A stretch of DNA of 64,000 nucleotides from a virus, in IMG/VR virus record IMGVR_UViG_3300025018_000100. One strand, given 5' to 3'. Made by a program: the position numbers and the translations under genes. Position 1 is the stretch's first letter, and every line of letters starts with the position of its first letter. The notes beneath the pieces were generated by a model that saw only the letters and a program-made list of their open reading frames with translations, searched no databases and had not been told where the DNA came from. Shown piece by piece: positions 37,698-46,899 of this stretch.

Positions 37698-38069
37698 ATG
37701 GAATGTTTAGACGTAGAAAAACCCAATAAGTTTCTAAAAAACGCTTGTAGAGCGTCTATTGAATTTAATTGCAGTAGATATTTATTAGCTATTTCTAGGA
37801 ATGACGGAGCAGCAAAAGCAATTCAACATAAAAATTTAGTTGAATTTTATGTGGCCTTAGCTACAGGGTGTAGTATAGATAATGCTCAGATTTTTGCTTT
37901 TCCTTTATATCGTCATATTCATTATACTACACAAGAATTGACTAATGATCTGGATGTGAAAATAGGATTTAAGCGGGATCAATATATCGATGAAGTAATG
38001 ATCTTGAAATTTTTTGATAGTTTTCATAACATAGCTATGAAATCTATCTTGACTTTTAATAAGAAATAG
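37698..38069 (+). CDS. Hypothetical protein
   Basis: 123 aa ORF after an element promoter. Confidence 0.6.
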   Translation: MECLDVEKPNKFLKNACRASIEFNCSRYLLAISRNDGAAKAIQHKNLVEFYVALATGCSIDNAQIFAFPLYRHIHYTTQELTNDLDVKIGFKRDQYIDEVMILKFFDSFHNIAMKSILTFNKK

Positions 38070-38085
38070 CTATAATAAAAATATA

Positions 38086-38170
38086 GCGGGCGTGGTGGAA
38101 TTGGTAGACACGCAAGACTTAAAATTTTGTGGATTATTCCGTGTCGGTTCGAGTCCGACCGCCCGCACCA
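38086..38170 (+). tRNA. tRNA-Leu(UAA)
   Basis: GCGGGCG acceptor, GGTAGACACG D-arm, CTTAAAA loop, long variable arm, GTTCGAGTC, CCA end. Confidence 0.92.
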
Positions 38171-38192
38171 ATATTTTTAAGGAGAAAAGATT

Positions 38193-38390
38193 ATGATTTT
38201 CACTATACTTTATTATGATAGAAGTTTACATGAAGCAATCGTAACAGACCTGTCCTCTTTACCTAACATACTGGAAAAAGCAAAAATTCCATTTAAAGTT
38301 TATAGGCAGGATATTTTGATTAGTCAGAAAGATGTAGGAAAGGGTGATTTTGACTACTGGCTAAATAAAGGCGACACTTTTTCGTATTAA
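38193..38390 (+). CDS. Hypothetical protein
   Basis: AAGGAG RBS, between two tRNAs. Confidence 0.65.
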   Translation: MIFTILYYDRSLHEAIVTDLSSLPNILEKAKIPFKVYRQDILISQKDVGKGDFDYWLNKGDTFSY

Positions 38391-38397
38391 AAATTAT

Positions 38398-38474
38398 GGT
38401 CCTATAGCTTAGATGGTCAAAGCTATCCGCTCATAACGGATTGATCGTAGGTTCGAGCCCTACCGGGATCACCA
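38398..38474 (+). tRNA. tRNA with CAU anticodon (Ile2-like or elongator Met)
   Basis: ATCCG-CTCATAA-CGGAT anticodon arm, GGTTCGAGCC T-arm, CCA end. Confidence 0.85.
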
Positions 38475-38509
38475 CCAACCTTATAAGAAACTTAAAAAAG
38501 GTATTAATT

Positions 38510-38647
38510 ATGAGTGATAAGCCTTCAGAATTAGAAAGATTTATTATCTATCTTTACATAGAATGTAATAATAGATTTTCTGATATTTCTTATGAGGATT
38601 TATTTAAGAAATATTATGAATTTAAGGAAACTGAAGCAGCGGAATGA
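38510..38647 (+). CDS. Small hypothetical protein
   Basis: Start re-called downstream of the tRNA. Confidence 0.5.
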   Translation: MSDKPSELERFIIYLYIECNNRFSDISYEDLFKKYYEFKETEAAE

Positions 38648-38789
38648 AAAAAGCCAGTTAAGTCAATGACTTAGCTGGCGACCCGCCGTAGGCGGGTTAG
38701 GGGCTAACTTATTGATTTTAAAAGATAATTTAGTTGTTGACTTATACCTAAAAAAGATTTACTATAGAAATCTAATTAGGAGATAGAAA

Positions 38790-38942
38790 ATGAAAAAGAC
38801 AAAAAAGAAAATTCCAAAATTGCGCGATTATAACGCTGCAAAATTAGCTGCTAATAGAAAGGCTTTTGGACAAGCTGGACCTATTACAGATAAAAGAAAA
38901 GAGCAGAATAAAAAATGGGCGCGAAATAAAAACAGTGAATAA
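38790..38942 (+). CDS. Small basic protein (50 aa)
   Basis: AGGAG RBS directly after an element promoter; MKKTKKKIPKLRDYNAAK... Confidence 0.6.
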   Translation: MKKTKKKIPKLRDYNAAKLAANRKAFGQAGPITDKRKEQNKKWARNKNSE

Positions 38943-38965
38943 TCAATGTATAGAAAGGTAGTAAA

Positions 38966-39223
38966 ATGACTAATCAAAACCCCTATCAAGTAAACGGTAC
39001 TTACAGAAGTGAAGATGGTGAAGCTGAAATTCACGTTAAAACTGTAAGGAACGATATGATGATTGCGGATATTTTTCTGTATGATTTCGATCAGAAAACT
39101 TATATATTTCAAAACACTAAACTTGCTCACTTTTCTTTTTTCGCTGATTTATTGAATGAAGAGGAAGAAGAAGAATTTATGATAACTTTTACACCCTGGG
39201 TTGGTCCTATGGATGGAGCATAA
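38966..39223 (+). CDS. Hypothetical acidic protein
   Basis: AAGGT RBS. Confidence 0.65.
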   Translation: MTNQNPYQVNGTYRSEDGEAEIHVKTVRNDMMIADIFLYDFDQKTYIFQNTKLAHFSFFADLLNEEEEEEFMITFTPWVGPMDGA

Positions 39224-39225
39224 TT

Positions 39226-39546
39226 ATGTTTATTGTTAGTTCTTCTGACGTAGAATACACTTTTGATATGTTAGATAATAAATTTTTCGGAGGACAGTTA
39301 CCTGGATTGCTTATCAAGCGTAATGCAAAATTAATAGAGTATGGGAATTTTTGGATTTGGGGAGATAAAACTGGTATAGAATTAAGAAAAGAATATGATA
39401 CTTTCTCAGTTTTTGTTGGAACATTAGCGCATGAATTAATTCATGCTTTTCAATATCATGAACTGAAAAGTGAACCAGACCATAATTTAACTTTTTACCG
39501 CAAAGCAAAAGAAATTCAAGATGAGTTAGGTATCTTGGTAGCATAA
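39226..39546 (+). CDS. SprT-like zinc metalloprotease
   Basis: FD.LDNKFFGG.LP, TLAHELIHAFQ, H...F. Confidence 0.8.
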   Translation: MFIVSSSDVEYTFDMLDNKFFGGQLPGLLIKRNAKLIEYGNFWIWGDKTGIELRKEYDTFSVFVGTLAHELIHAFQYHELKSEPDHNLTFYRKAKEIQDELGILVA

Positions 39547-39692
39547 TAAAAAGCCAGCTAAATCAACAACTTAGCTGGCGACCCGCCGTAGGCGGGTTAG
39601 CGTCTAACTGATTGTTTTTAAACAATAATTTAGTTATTGACTATATTAAATAAATATCGTACTATATAAAACAACAAATAAAAGGAACCTAT

Positions 39693-39983
39693 ATGTCGGA
39701 CATGAAAGCAATTCAAAGACAGTATAAAGATAAGGAAGTTGGAAAATGTCCTATTTGTGGGATAAATACCTACGGTAGTAACAAAACGGAATATAATGGT
39801 GCTATTATTAATGGTGTACCCATTGTGTGGCCTTGTGGTGTTAGTGGGCCACAGCCTACCGGACAAAAGATAGGAAAAGATGCACGTTTTCAGTGTCCTT
39901 GGGAAACTGTGCAGCGTCAAAATAGAATTAACGTAGACGCTGCAAAACTGGTTCTAGGTATGCGAAAAGGTATTGAAGACTAA
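39693..39983 (+). CDS. Hypothetical Cys-rich protein
   Basis: CPICG...WPCG...CPW; own promoter and terminator. Confidence 0.7.
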   Translation: MSDMKAIQRQYKDKEVGKCPICGINTYGSNKTEYNGAIINGVPIVWPCGVSGPQPTGQKIGKDARFQCPWETVQRQNRINVDAAKLVLGMRKGIED

Positions 39984-40235
39984 TAATCATCTATACACTA
40001 AAAAATAGTCTCCGTGTTATTACACGGAGATTTTTTTGTTTACTTTTCAATAGGTTAGTTGACGACCCGCCGTAGGCGGGTTAGCGGCTAACACATTGAT
40101 TTTAAACAGTAATTTAATTGAAAAAAAGTGAAAATAGTTATTGACCGAACCACTTAATAACTGTATAACTATATACATCAGAGGGGGCGAGGTGCTCACT
40201 CTTACAAGCCAATTAAAAGCGAAAAGGACGTTATT

Positions 40236-40568
40236 ATGGCACAAGCAAAGTTTAAGTGGACGCAGGATGCTTCTCAAAAAGCTGTTTCCATGTATGTCGA
40301 AGCTGACAAGTCTCAAAATTCTCTGGACGATATCGCACGGGCGCTGTCTACAGAAGAGGTGCAAGTCTCTCGGCGGCAGGTTATCGCCAAGCTGACCAGT
40401 GAAAAAGTATATATTCGGCCGGAACCGGCTCCGAAGGCTCCCAAGGACGAGGGTCCGACTAAGGCTGAAATTATGGCACGTATCTCTGCGACCGGTTTTG
40501 ACACAGAGGGTTTTGAAGGTGCTACTAAGCCCGCTCTGACCCGTCTGGCTGTTATGCTGGAGGGCTAA
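40236..40568 (+). CDS. A2: T5 A2-like DNA-binding protein
   Basis: KFKWTQDASQKAVSMY...AKLTSEKVY resembles T5 A2 (KFAWNEENTQKAVSMY...SKLTSAKAY) as recalled. Confidence 0.75.
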   Translation: MAQAKFKWTQDASQKAVSMYVEADKSQNSLDDIARALSTEEVQVSRRQVIAKLTSEKVYIRPEPAPKAPKDEGPTKAEIMARISATGFDTEGFEGATKPALTRLAVMLEG

Positions 40569-40697
40569 TAGTTAAGTCATAAAATTAAAACAGGCAGGAA
40601 ATTTCCTGCCTGTTTTTTTTTGTTTATATTTCAATGACTTAAGTGACGACCCGCCGTAGGCGGGTTGGAGGCTAACCTATTGATTAGCCTCACTTTT

Positions 40698-40965
40698 TTA
40701 GTAGTCTTCTTCATTTTCTACTAAATCATCGTAGCAATCATCGCAAACCAAATCACTCTTAAAATCATTCTGTTCACTAGAGTCACACCACCAACCGCAA
40801 CAATTGCAAGAAAAAAACGGAAGTTTCAATGTAGTGCCAGTCATCCGCCGTCAAATCATCTATATCAAATCCTAAACTTTCGGCGGTACTTTCATCATAA
40901 ATACCAGAAGACCCTAACACTGTAGAAGTAAATTCGTCTAACTTTTGATCGGATACACTACGCAT
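40698..40965 (-). pseudogene. Zn-finger-like gene with a frameshift at a T7 run
   Basis: The +1 frame after GTTTTTTTC gives CNCCGWWCD...CDDC and a stop at 40698 abutting the element. Confidence 0.65.
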
Positions 40966-41537
40966 TAATTTTTTCCTTCAAAAAAAGGTTCTGTATATAA
41001 GCCCATATTTGCAAGTTTACAAATTAGGCTCCTAACGGTACGGCCTACCGCTTGTGCGGCTTTTTCTAAACTTTTTTTACCGTACCATATCCACATACGA
41101 ACAATAAACAATACATGCTTAACTGTCCAGCGAATATTTGCATCACTTACAAATCTTTCGGAGTAATTCCTAACATCGCGCACAAATTGAGGGGCTTTCA
41201 CAATCTTAACCTGTTTTTTCATCAAACGATTGTAATGGTCTAAAGCCAGTGCATAGTTTTTCTTGTGACGGCGTATAAGCAAATCATCATAAGAAAAACA
41301 ATTACGCGCACGATTTAAGCGGGACCATACTGGAACAAGATTTTCAATTTCATTTTTCCCACCTTGTGCAACAGGTTTAATATGATCAATATCCAAAGTA
41401 ACTACAATTTTTTCTTGTGTTACTGGGTCAATAATAATCGCCCCCTCTTTCAATTTAGTTAAGGCACAAACACGCCCATGACCTTCATATACAGCCATTA
41501 ACATTTTCTCAGGAATTGGTTCACGCTTATTAGTCAT
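40965..41537 (-). CDS. HNH endonuclease
   Basis: LDIDHIKPVAQGGKNEIENL...LNRAR. Confidence 0.8.
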   Translation of the reverse strand: MTNKREPIPEKMLMAVYEGHGRVCALTKLKEGAIIIDPVTQEKIVVTLDIDHIKPVAQGGKNEIENLVPVWSRLNRARNCFSYDDLLIRRHKKNYALALDHYNRLMKKQVKIVKAPQFVRDVRNYSERFVSDANIRWTVKHVLFIVRMWIWYGKKSLEKAAQAVGRTVRSLICKLANMGLYTEPFFEGKN

Positions 41538-41755
41538 TACAAGTCCTGCCAGTCATTCCAAGCGTGTAACGCACCAGTCACAAATACCGTTTTCCAAGGT
41601 GTTTCGCTTAATTGTTGTTCATCCATAACTTGGTCTACACTATCCCAAATAGATTTAGTGTACCCTACATTAGAAATATAAGAATTTTCCCGTACTTCTA
41701 AAATACGATTATGAATTTGTTTAATTTGCTTGCATGTTAAAGGTCTATCGTTCAT
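41537..41755 (-). CDS. Hypothetical protein
   Basis: Coupled ORF; start re-called. Confidence 0.55.
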   Translation of the reverse strand: MNDRPLTCKQIKQIHNRILEVRENSYISNVGYTKSIWDSVDQVMDEQQLSETPWKTVFVTGALHAWNDWQDL

Positions 41756-41759
41756 TGTC

Positions 41760-41981
41760 TTAACCCCCCCATTCATAAAAATCAACATCAAGATTTTTAG
41801 AATGATTTTCAACTTGGTTTAGAAGTGTAAGATAGCTATCACTAAAGTTTTTCCAAGCCTCTTGTAATTCAGGAAATTTTTCAATATTTGGGGGATCACC
41901 ATAATTAACCATAGGACCCCATCCACCCTCATGCTCAACTTTTTGCATAAGGTCAATAAATTGTTCTTTCTTACTATTCAT
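41760..41981 (-). CDS. Hypothetical protein
   Basis: GGAG RBS after a TTGCAT-17-TATATT promoter. Confidence 0.65.
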   Translation of the reverse strand: MNSKKEQFIDLMQKVEHEGGWGPMVNYGDPPNIEKFPELQEAWKNFSDSYLTLLNQVENHSKNLDVDFYEWGG

Positions 41982-42126
41982 AATATTCTCCATTGCTTAT
42001 CTAACTATAATGAATATAACACATTTTGCATGAAATGCAACAATTAAATTTATCAACGTTTTCAACAGGTTAGGTGACGACCCGCCGTAGGCGGGTAGGA
42101 GGCTAACCCATTGATTAGCCTCACTT

Positions 42127-42480
42127 TTACTTGTCTCCCTGCTCTTTCCAGAAAGACTTAGCATCTAAATAATCAGAATAATTGACGAAAATACGTTCAT
42201 CTTTATATTTTTTCCAATAGTTGCTTAGACCAAACCCAATATCTGACTTATTTTGATAAGTCTCAATTACACCACTCATAATAACACAGAGAAGGGTAAT
42301 TACAATCATAAAAGGATACGAAAAGGGGTTCCAATAATTCCAATTCATAGAAAGCCCGTCCCCATCACACCAAAAACGGCCAATTTTCAAAAACAACATA
42401 AGCCTTGATAACGTAGTTACACTTCTTAAAGAGCGTCTTTTAGTTTGAAGCGGATTAGGCAAATTATTTAACTTATACAT
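42127..42480 (-). CDS. Hypothetical membrane protein (single-gene cassette)
   Basis: GAGGA RBS, one TM segment; bounded by two elements. Confidence 0.7.
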   Translation of the reverse strand: MYKLNNLPNPLQTKRRSLRSVTTLSRLMLFLKIGRFWCDGDGLSMNWNYWNPFSYPFMIVITLLCVIMSGVIETYQNKSDIGFGLSNYWKKYKDERIFVNYSDYLDAKSFWKEQGDK

Positions 42481-42634
42481 ATCAGTTCCTCTATTTGTCT
42501 TATTGATACTACTAATATATAGAATAAAATAAAAAATGCAACAACTAAATTTATCAACGTTTTCAATAGGTTAGGTGACGACCCGCCGTAGGCGGGTGGG
42601 AGGCTAACCCTTTGATTAGCCTCGTTTTTTACTC

Positions 42635-43039
42635 CTATAAATTCACCTCATAAATGATCCCGTATTCGTTAGTTTTGGACACAAGAATTTGATCAAGTTT
42701 AGTATATATAGTCTTAATTGTGTTATCAGTGAAGTTAATTACGTCACGATCATAAGGGGTAATACCGTAAAACAATACTGTTGTAGCCCCCTCATTAGCT
42801 AAAAGATATTCTTCTACATAAACGTCCCAAAATACATAAGGCAAATTTTCTTTTTCTTTTATATGCTCAATAATAAGAGAATGAGGAATAAAAGCCTTAA
42901 GCACATAGTCTGAAGCATCAGGGTCGTCATGACCGTAAACTATAAAAAATTTCTCTTCATTAGCTTGTTTCATTTTTGCTTGCAGATTTTTTTTATCTGT
43001 TGCGGCCTTCTCTAAAACTAAATACTGGACAGGTGTCAT
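42635..43039 (-). CDS. Hypothetical protein (single-gene cassette)
   Basis: AGGAG RBS; bounded by two elements. Confidence 0.7.
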   Translation of the reverse strand: MTPVQYLVLEKAATDKKNLQAKMKQANEEKFFIVYGHDDPDASDYVLKAFIPHSLIIEHIKEKENLPYVFWDVYVEEYLLANEGATTVLFYGITPYDRDVINFTDNTIKTIYTKLDQILVSKTNEYGIIYEVNL

Positions 43040-43248
43040 TTTGTATCTCCTGAGATTTTGTTATGTTTATAATATATCATAATAAAAACCACCAAGCAAC
43101 AACTATTTTAATTAATAAAATCAACAACTTAGGTGACAACCCGCCGTAGGCGGGTTGGAGGCTAACCTATTGAAAAGACTGTATAATTTAATTATTGACT
43201 TTTATATTGGCTATGCTATTATCAGGCTACCAAAAGAAAGGATAATTC

Positions 43249-43524
43249 ATGGAATGGATTAAAGAACAGATTAAGGCAGTCAATCTATGTGGGTGGGTTG
43301 GTATGCTTTTAATTCATGGAAGCACAATGCCTCTTACAATACGGGCTATTTTTTTTGATAGTGTATCTTTACCACCGTTAGATATGGTAGTAATGCTATG
43401 GGCGGGACTAGCTTTATTTAATATACGAGCAATTATACAACGTGATGCAGTATACTTTGCCAGCAACACTATAGGTTTTATTCTGCAAAGTATTGTATTA
43501 TACTTGCATTTAGCTAATACATAA
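43249..43524 (+). CDS. Small 3-TM membrane protein (PQ-loop/SemiSWEET-like)
   Basis: GWVGMLLIHGSTMP...D.VY..SN.IGF. Confidence 0.6.
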   Translation: MEWIKEQIKAVNLCGWVGMLLIHGSTMPLTIRAIFFDSVSLPPLDMVVMLWAGLALFNIRAIIQRDAVYFASNTIGFILQSIVLYLHLANT

Positions 43525-43684
43525 AAAAGTCAACTAACTCAATAGGTTAGTTGACGACCCGCCGTAGGCGGGTTAGCGGCTAACAGGTTGATTTTAAACG
43601 ATAATTTATTTTTCTTTTTTTCTTGCTATACTTAAGTAAACATAGTATAAATAATCATCAACACAACAAAGGAAATAAGAATTT

Positions 43685-44413
43685 ATGGCAAAAAAACAGT
43701 ATGTACTAATTATCGACACAGAAACCACTATGCAAAATAATGTAGCAGATTTCGGTGGGGTTCTAGTCGATAAAAAAGGGCGCGTTGAAAAATCTTGTGG
43801 TGTCTTAGTAAAAGAATTTTACGAAAATGAAGAATTGTTTTGGGATAAGGCATCAGAAAAACACGACCCAGAAGGTATTTGGTCTCGAAAGGGGTTAGAG
43901 CGTCGCCAAGCGCAATATAAAGATATGATTGAAAAAGGTACTAGGTCTATTGTAAGTGTTAATGCTATTAATCGCTGGATTGATAAAGTTATCGCCGAAT
44001 ACGACCCTTATGTTACAGCCTATAACTTTCCTTTTGATAAGGATAAGTGTAATAAAAGCGGAATTGACCTAACATCTTTTAAACGGTCTTTCTGTTTGTG
44101 GCGTGCTGCAACTATGCAATGGGGTAAAACAAAATCCTATAAACAATTCATTTTAGATGGTCATAGTTTTAATGCGCCTACAAAACACGGTAATATGACC
44201 TATAAAACTAATGCGGAGACTATGGCACGTTTTGTGCTAGCGTTGCCAGATTTAGAGGATGAACCGCATACCGCTTTAGAGGATGCTTTATATTATGAAA
44301 AGCCAATTCTTGACAAGCTATGGCGTCAACATTCGCGCGATAAAATTTGCGATATGGATTTAGCCTATAGCTGGCGAAATTTTCAAGTTAGAGATAACTT
44401 TACAGTAAAATAG
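43685..44413 (+). CDS. DEDDh 3'-5' exonuclease
   Basis: IIDTETT, AYNFPFD, HTALEDA. Confidence 0.85.
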   Translation: MAKKQYVLIIDTETTMQNNVADFGGVLVDKKGRVEKSCGVLVKEFYENEELFWDKASEKHDPEGIWSRKGLERRQAQYKDMIEKGTRSIVSVNAINRWIDKVIAEYDPYVTAYNFPFDKDKCNKSGIDLTSFKRSFCLWRAATMQWGKTKSYKQFILDGHSFNAPTKHGNMTYKTNAETMARFVLALPDLEDEPHTALEDALYYEKPILDKLWRQHSRDKICDMDLAYSWRNFQVRDNFTVK

Positions 44414-44601
44414 TAAAGGATTAGGCCCCGTGAAAACGGGGTCTTTTTTTGCTTATTTTTCAATAGTTTAAGTGACGACCCGCCGTAGGCGGGTTATCAG
44501 CTAACACGTTGATTTTAAACGATAATTATTTTTAAAATAGTTGTTGACTAAATAGGTTAATAAGGGTATAAATAGGAACTAAAACAAAACGAGGGAAACC
44601 A

Positions 44602-45156
44602 ATGTTTAAACGAGTTACAATTTTTGACCTTGATATGACTATCGTGGATAGTAGTCACCGTACACCTAACAAGCCGGACGGGACACTAGACTTGTTTGGT
44701 TACTTTGAGCGGAAAACCCGGCAACATATTTTCAGTGACCGTTTATTGCCGCTTGCTGTTGTTATGCGTGACCTATTTTATTCGGGTGAAACCTATGTTG
44801 TAATTTGTACCGCCCGCGACATGAATGATGATGATTTTGACTTCCTTAACGCTAAGGAAATTCCTTATCATAAAATTCTTAATCGCAATCTGGTGCGGGA
44901 TGCTACAGAAATTACTTGTCCGGTTCAACTTTTTCAATATATTTCCGAGGGTAAGATTAAGACTAAACCTTATTATATGAAAAGCGATCATTTATATAAG
45001 GCCCATGTTTTGTCTTACTTAGATCAACTAAAGCAATTCAAAAACTTGCCTAAGTTTTTCTGGGATGATGCTCGACCTGTTATTTCTCATTTTAGGAAAC
45101 ATCCTAATTATACTATGATGAATGCGGTTACATATAACCAACGCCTAGCAGCTTAA
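44602..45156 (+). CDS. dmp: Deoxynucleoside-5'-monophosphatase (HAD family, T5 Dmp-like)
   Basis: FDLDMTIVDSSHR...G.LDL...LLPL...ICTAR...WDD, paralleling T5 Dmp. Confidence 0.8.
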   Translation: MFKRVTIFDLDMTIVDSSHRTPNKPDGTLDLFGYFERKTRQHIFSDRLLPLAVVMRDLFYSGETYVVICTARDMNDDDFDFLNAKEIPYHKILNRNLVRDATEITCPVQLFQYISEGKIKTKPYYMKSDHLYKAHVLSYLDQLKQFKNLPKFFWDDARPVISHFRKHPNYTMMNAVTYNQRLAA

Positions 45157-45259
45157 GAATAGACCCCGCGAAAGCGGGGTCTTTTTTTGTTTACTTTTCA
45201 ATAGGTTAGATGACGACCCGCCTACGGCGGGTTAGCGGCTAAACCATTGAAATATAGAC

Positions 45260-45455
45260 AAAAAATAACGCCATGAGGAGGCCAATTCCCCACGGCGTTA
45301 TCCCCTTTGATTACCTTGCCAAGGTCATTTCCTTTTACCGTGAGAGGACACGGATTAACAGGAAACGGATTAGGTGGTTTCCAATACCCGACAACGCTAA
45401 TGAGGCTATCGAACCCAGCTAGACGGGAAGGATTGGCTTTTCCCTCTGATCTAAC
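45260..45455 (-). ncRNA. Putative structured small RNA occupying a whole cassette
   Basis: TAGACA-17-TATATT (45490-45462), no ORF, several hairpins, terminator at 45260-45301. Confidence 0.6.
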
Positions 45456-45698
45456 TTAAACAATATACATGTTTTTTACACGCTTGTCTATATAAAAAGT
45501 TAAATAATCAAAAAAATAAAAGCGAGTAAAAACAATAGGTTAGATGACGACCCGCCGTAGGCGGGTTAACTGTTAACCTATTGATTTTAAACGATAATTA
45601 TTTTAAAAATAGTTGTTGACGAGCGATAGCAATAACTGTATAACTATAGGACTGAAAACGGCAATGGTGCTGTGAAGTTTAACACGAAGAGGCTAAAC

Positions 45699-46103
45699 AT
45701 GGCTAAGAACAATGTTTATGATAAGGTTATCATCAATGGTTCGACTTTGATTTCGATGATTGTATCAGCATATAATGCAAACCGTGAAAGCGGCATGAAT
45801 AATACCCAGAACATGGAAAATATTCTGGAAACCTATGAAGCCGAATTGGACGGCAAAAATGAACGGTCTATTCGGGCAAAACTTTTGCGGGAAAAGAATG
45901 CAGACGGAACCCCTGTATATGTGGCTGATCCCAAAGTAACCAAACAAAAGACTAATGATGGTCCTTCAAAGAAAGAACTGGCTTCAGAATTGCGGGAATT
46001 GACGGGCCATGATTTGGAAGGTTTGGAAGCTACTACCAAGGGGGTAATTTCTGAATTGATTGAGGCTTGGCAAGACAAGGAAACTACTAAACAAGTTGCG
46101 TAA
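45699..46103 (+). CDS. A2-family paralog
   Basis: KNERSIRAKL...DGPSKKEL...LEGLEATTK. Confidence 0.65.
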   Translation: MAKNNVYDKVIINGSTLISMIVSAYNANRESGMNNTQNMENILETYEAELDGKNERSIRAKLLREKNADGTPVYVADPKVTKQKTNDGPSKKELASELRELTGHDLEGLEATTKGVISELIEAWQDKETTKQVA

Positions 46104-46233
46104 ATAAAATACACATTTTAACCTTAGAACAGGCGGAATTAATTCCGCCTGTTTTTTTGTTTATTTTTCAATAGTTTAAGTGACGACCCGCCGTAGGCGG
46201 GTTAGCGGCTAACCTGTTGATTAGCCTCACTTT

Positions 46234-46425
46234 TTACCAGCCAATATTTTTAGATGCTGATACCGCTTCACTTTGAGAAATTTCAGACTTTTTACGCCAC
46301 ATAACTTCCTCATAGTAGGCCCCTAATTCGCCCGTAAAAATTTCATCGTTAAGAGGTGCAAATCTCCACCTTTGCAGTAATTCTTGATAAGTAGCTTTAT
46401 CTATCCATTCCTTAGAATTATTCAT
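46234..46425 (-). CDS. Hypothetical protein
   Basis: WIDKATYQELLQRWRFAP...ASKNIGW; stop abuts an element arm. Confidence 0.7.
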   Translation of the reverse strand: MNNSKEWIDKATYQELLQRWRFAPLNDEIFTGELGAYYEEVMWRKKSEISQSEAVSASKNIGW

Positions 46426-46774
46426 GATTTTTTTTCCAATTCTTGTTGCAATTCATAAAAGAGTTGATAGCAACTATTATTACAATATCCATTAATACAG
46501 CAATAATGCCAGCTACCCAATGAACGTTAATAAAAAAATGTAGAGTAATAGCAACTATTGATAAAATACCTGCTAAAACAGTTACACAAAAAAGCAAAAA
46601 CATAGATACACACCAAGAGCTATAAGCTACATCTAAAAGATTTGCATAGAAGGTATATTTACAAGCCTCTCGTTTGCTTTTTGCTTGTTTAATTTTGACT
46701 CTCAAACTATCAGATAAATTTTCAACAAAATCATCCAATCTATATAATACTTCTAGCGGTGAAAACATAACCAA
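46418..46774 (-). CDS. Hypothetical membrane protein
   Basis: AAGGAG RBS, two TM segments. Confidence 0.65.
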   Translation of the reverse strand: MVMFSPLEVLYRLDDFVENLSDSLRVKIKQAKSKREACKYTFYANLLDVAYSSWCVSMFLLFCVTVLAGILSIVAITLHFFINVHWVAGIIAVLMDIVIIVAINSFMNCNKNWKKNHE

Positions 46775-46899
46775 TTATCTCCTTATTTAAGATACGTATA
46801 CTATAATACATTTTGCATGAAATGCAACAACTAAATTAGTCAACTATTTCAATAGGTTAGGTGACAACCCGCCGTAGGCGGGTGGCCAGTTAAGCAACT

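Larger units (their letters stand above)
31494..46883 (+). repeat. 22 dispersed copies of an IHF-site/hairpin/IHF-site element delimiting gene cassettes
   Basis: 17-bp core ACCCGCC-GTA-GGCGGGT starts at 31494 (1 mismatch), 31913, 32447*, 33664, 34169*, 35093, 35834, 36702, 37549, 38681, 39581, 40065, 40649, 42080, 42581, 43139, 43557, 44478, 45216*, 45550, 46186, 46867 (* = TAC loop); flanked by TCAAnnnnTTAG-N6 and N6-CTAAnnnnTTGA. Confidence 0.97.

Noticed and set aside
38441-38509. 5' extension of ORF 38441..38647 and similarly long starts at 31547, 32478, 35078, 35997 and 52310
   Set aside because: They overlap a tRNA, promoter, leader or repeat element; better RBS-linked starts lie downstream
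31494-46883. 22-copy element as CRISPR repeats or true integron attC sites
   Set aside because: Spacing is 0.3-1.4 kb with whole genes between copies. The arm order is GTTAG...CTAAC, opposite to attC (RYYYAAC...GTTRRRY), and no integrase is seen. Kept only as a functional analogy
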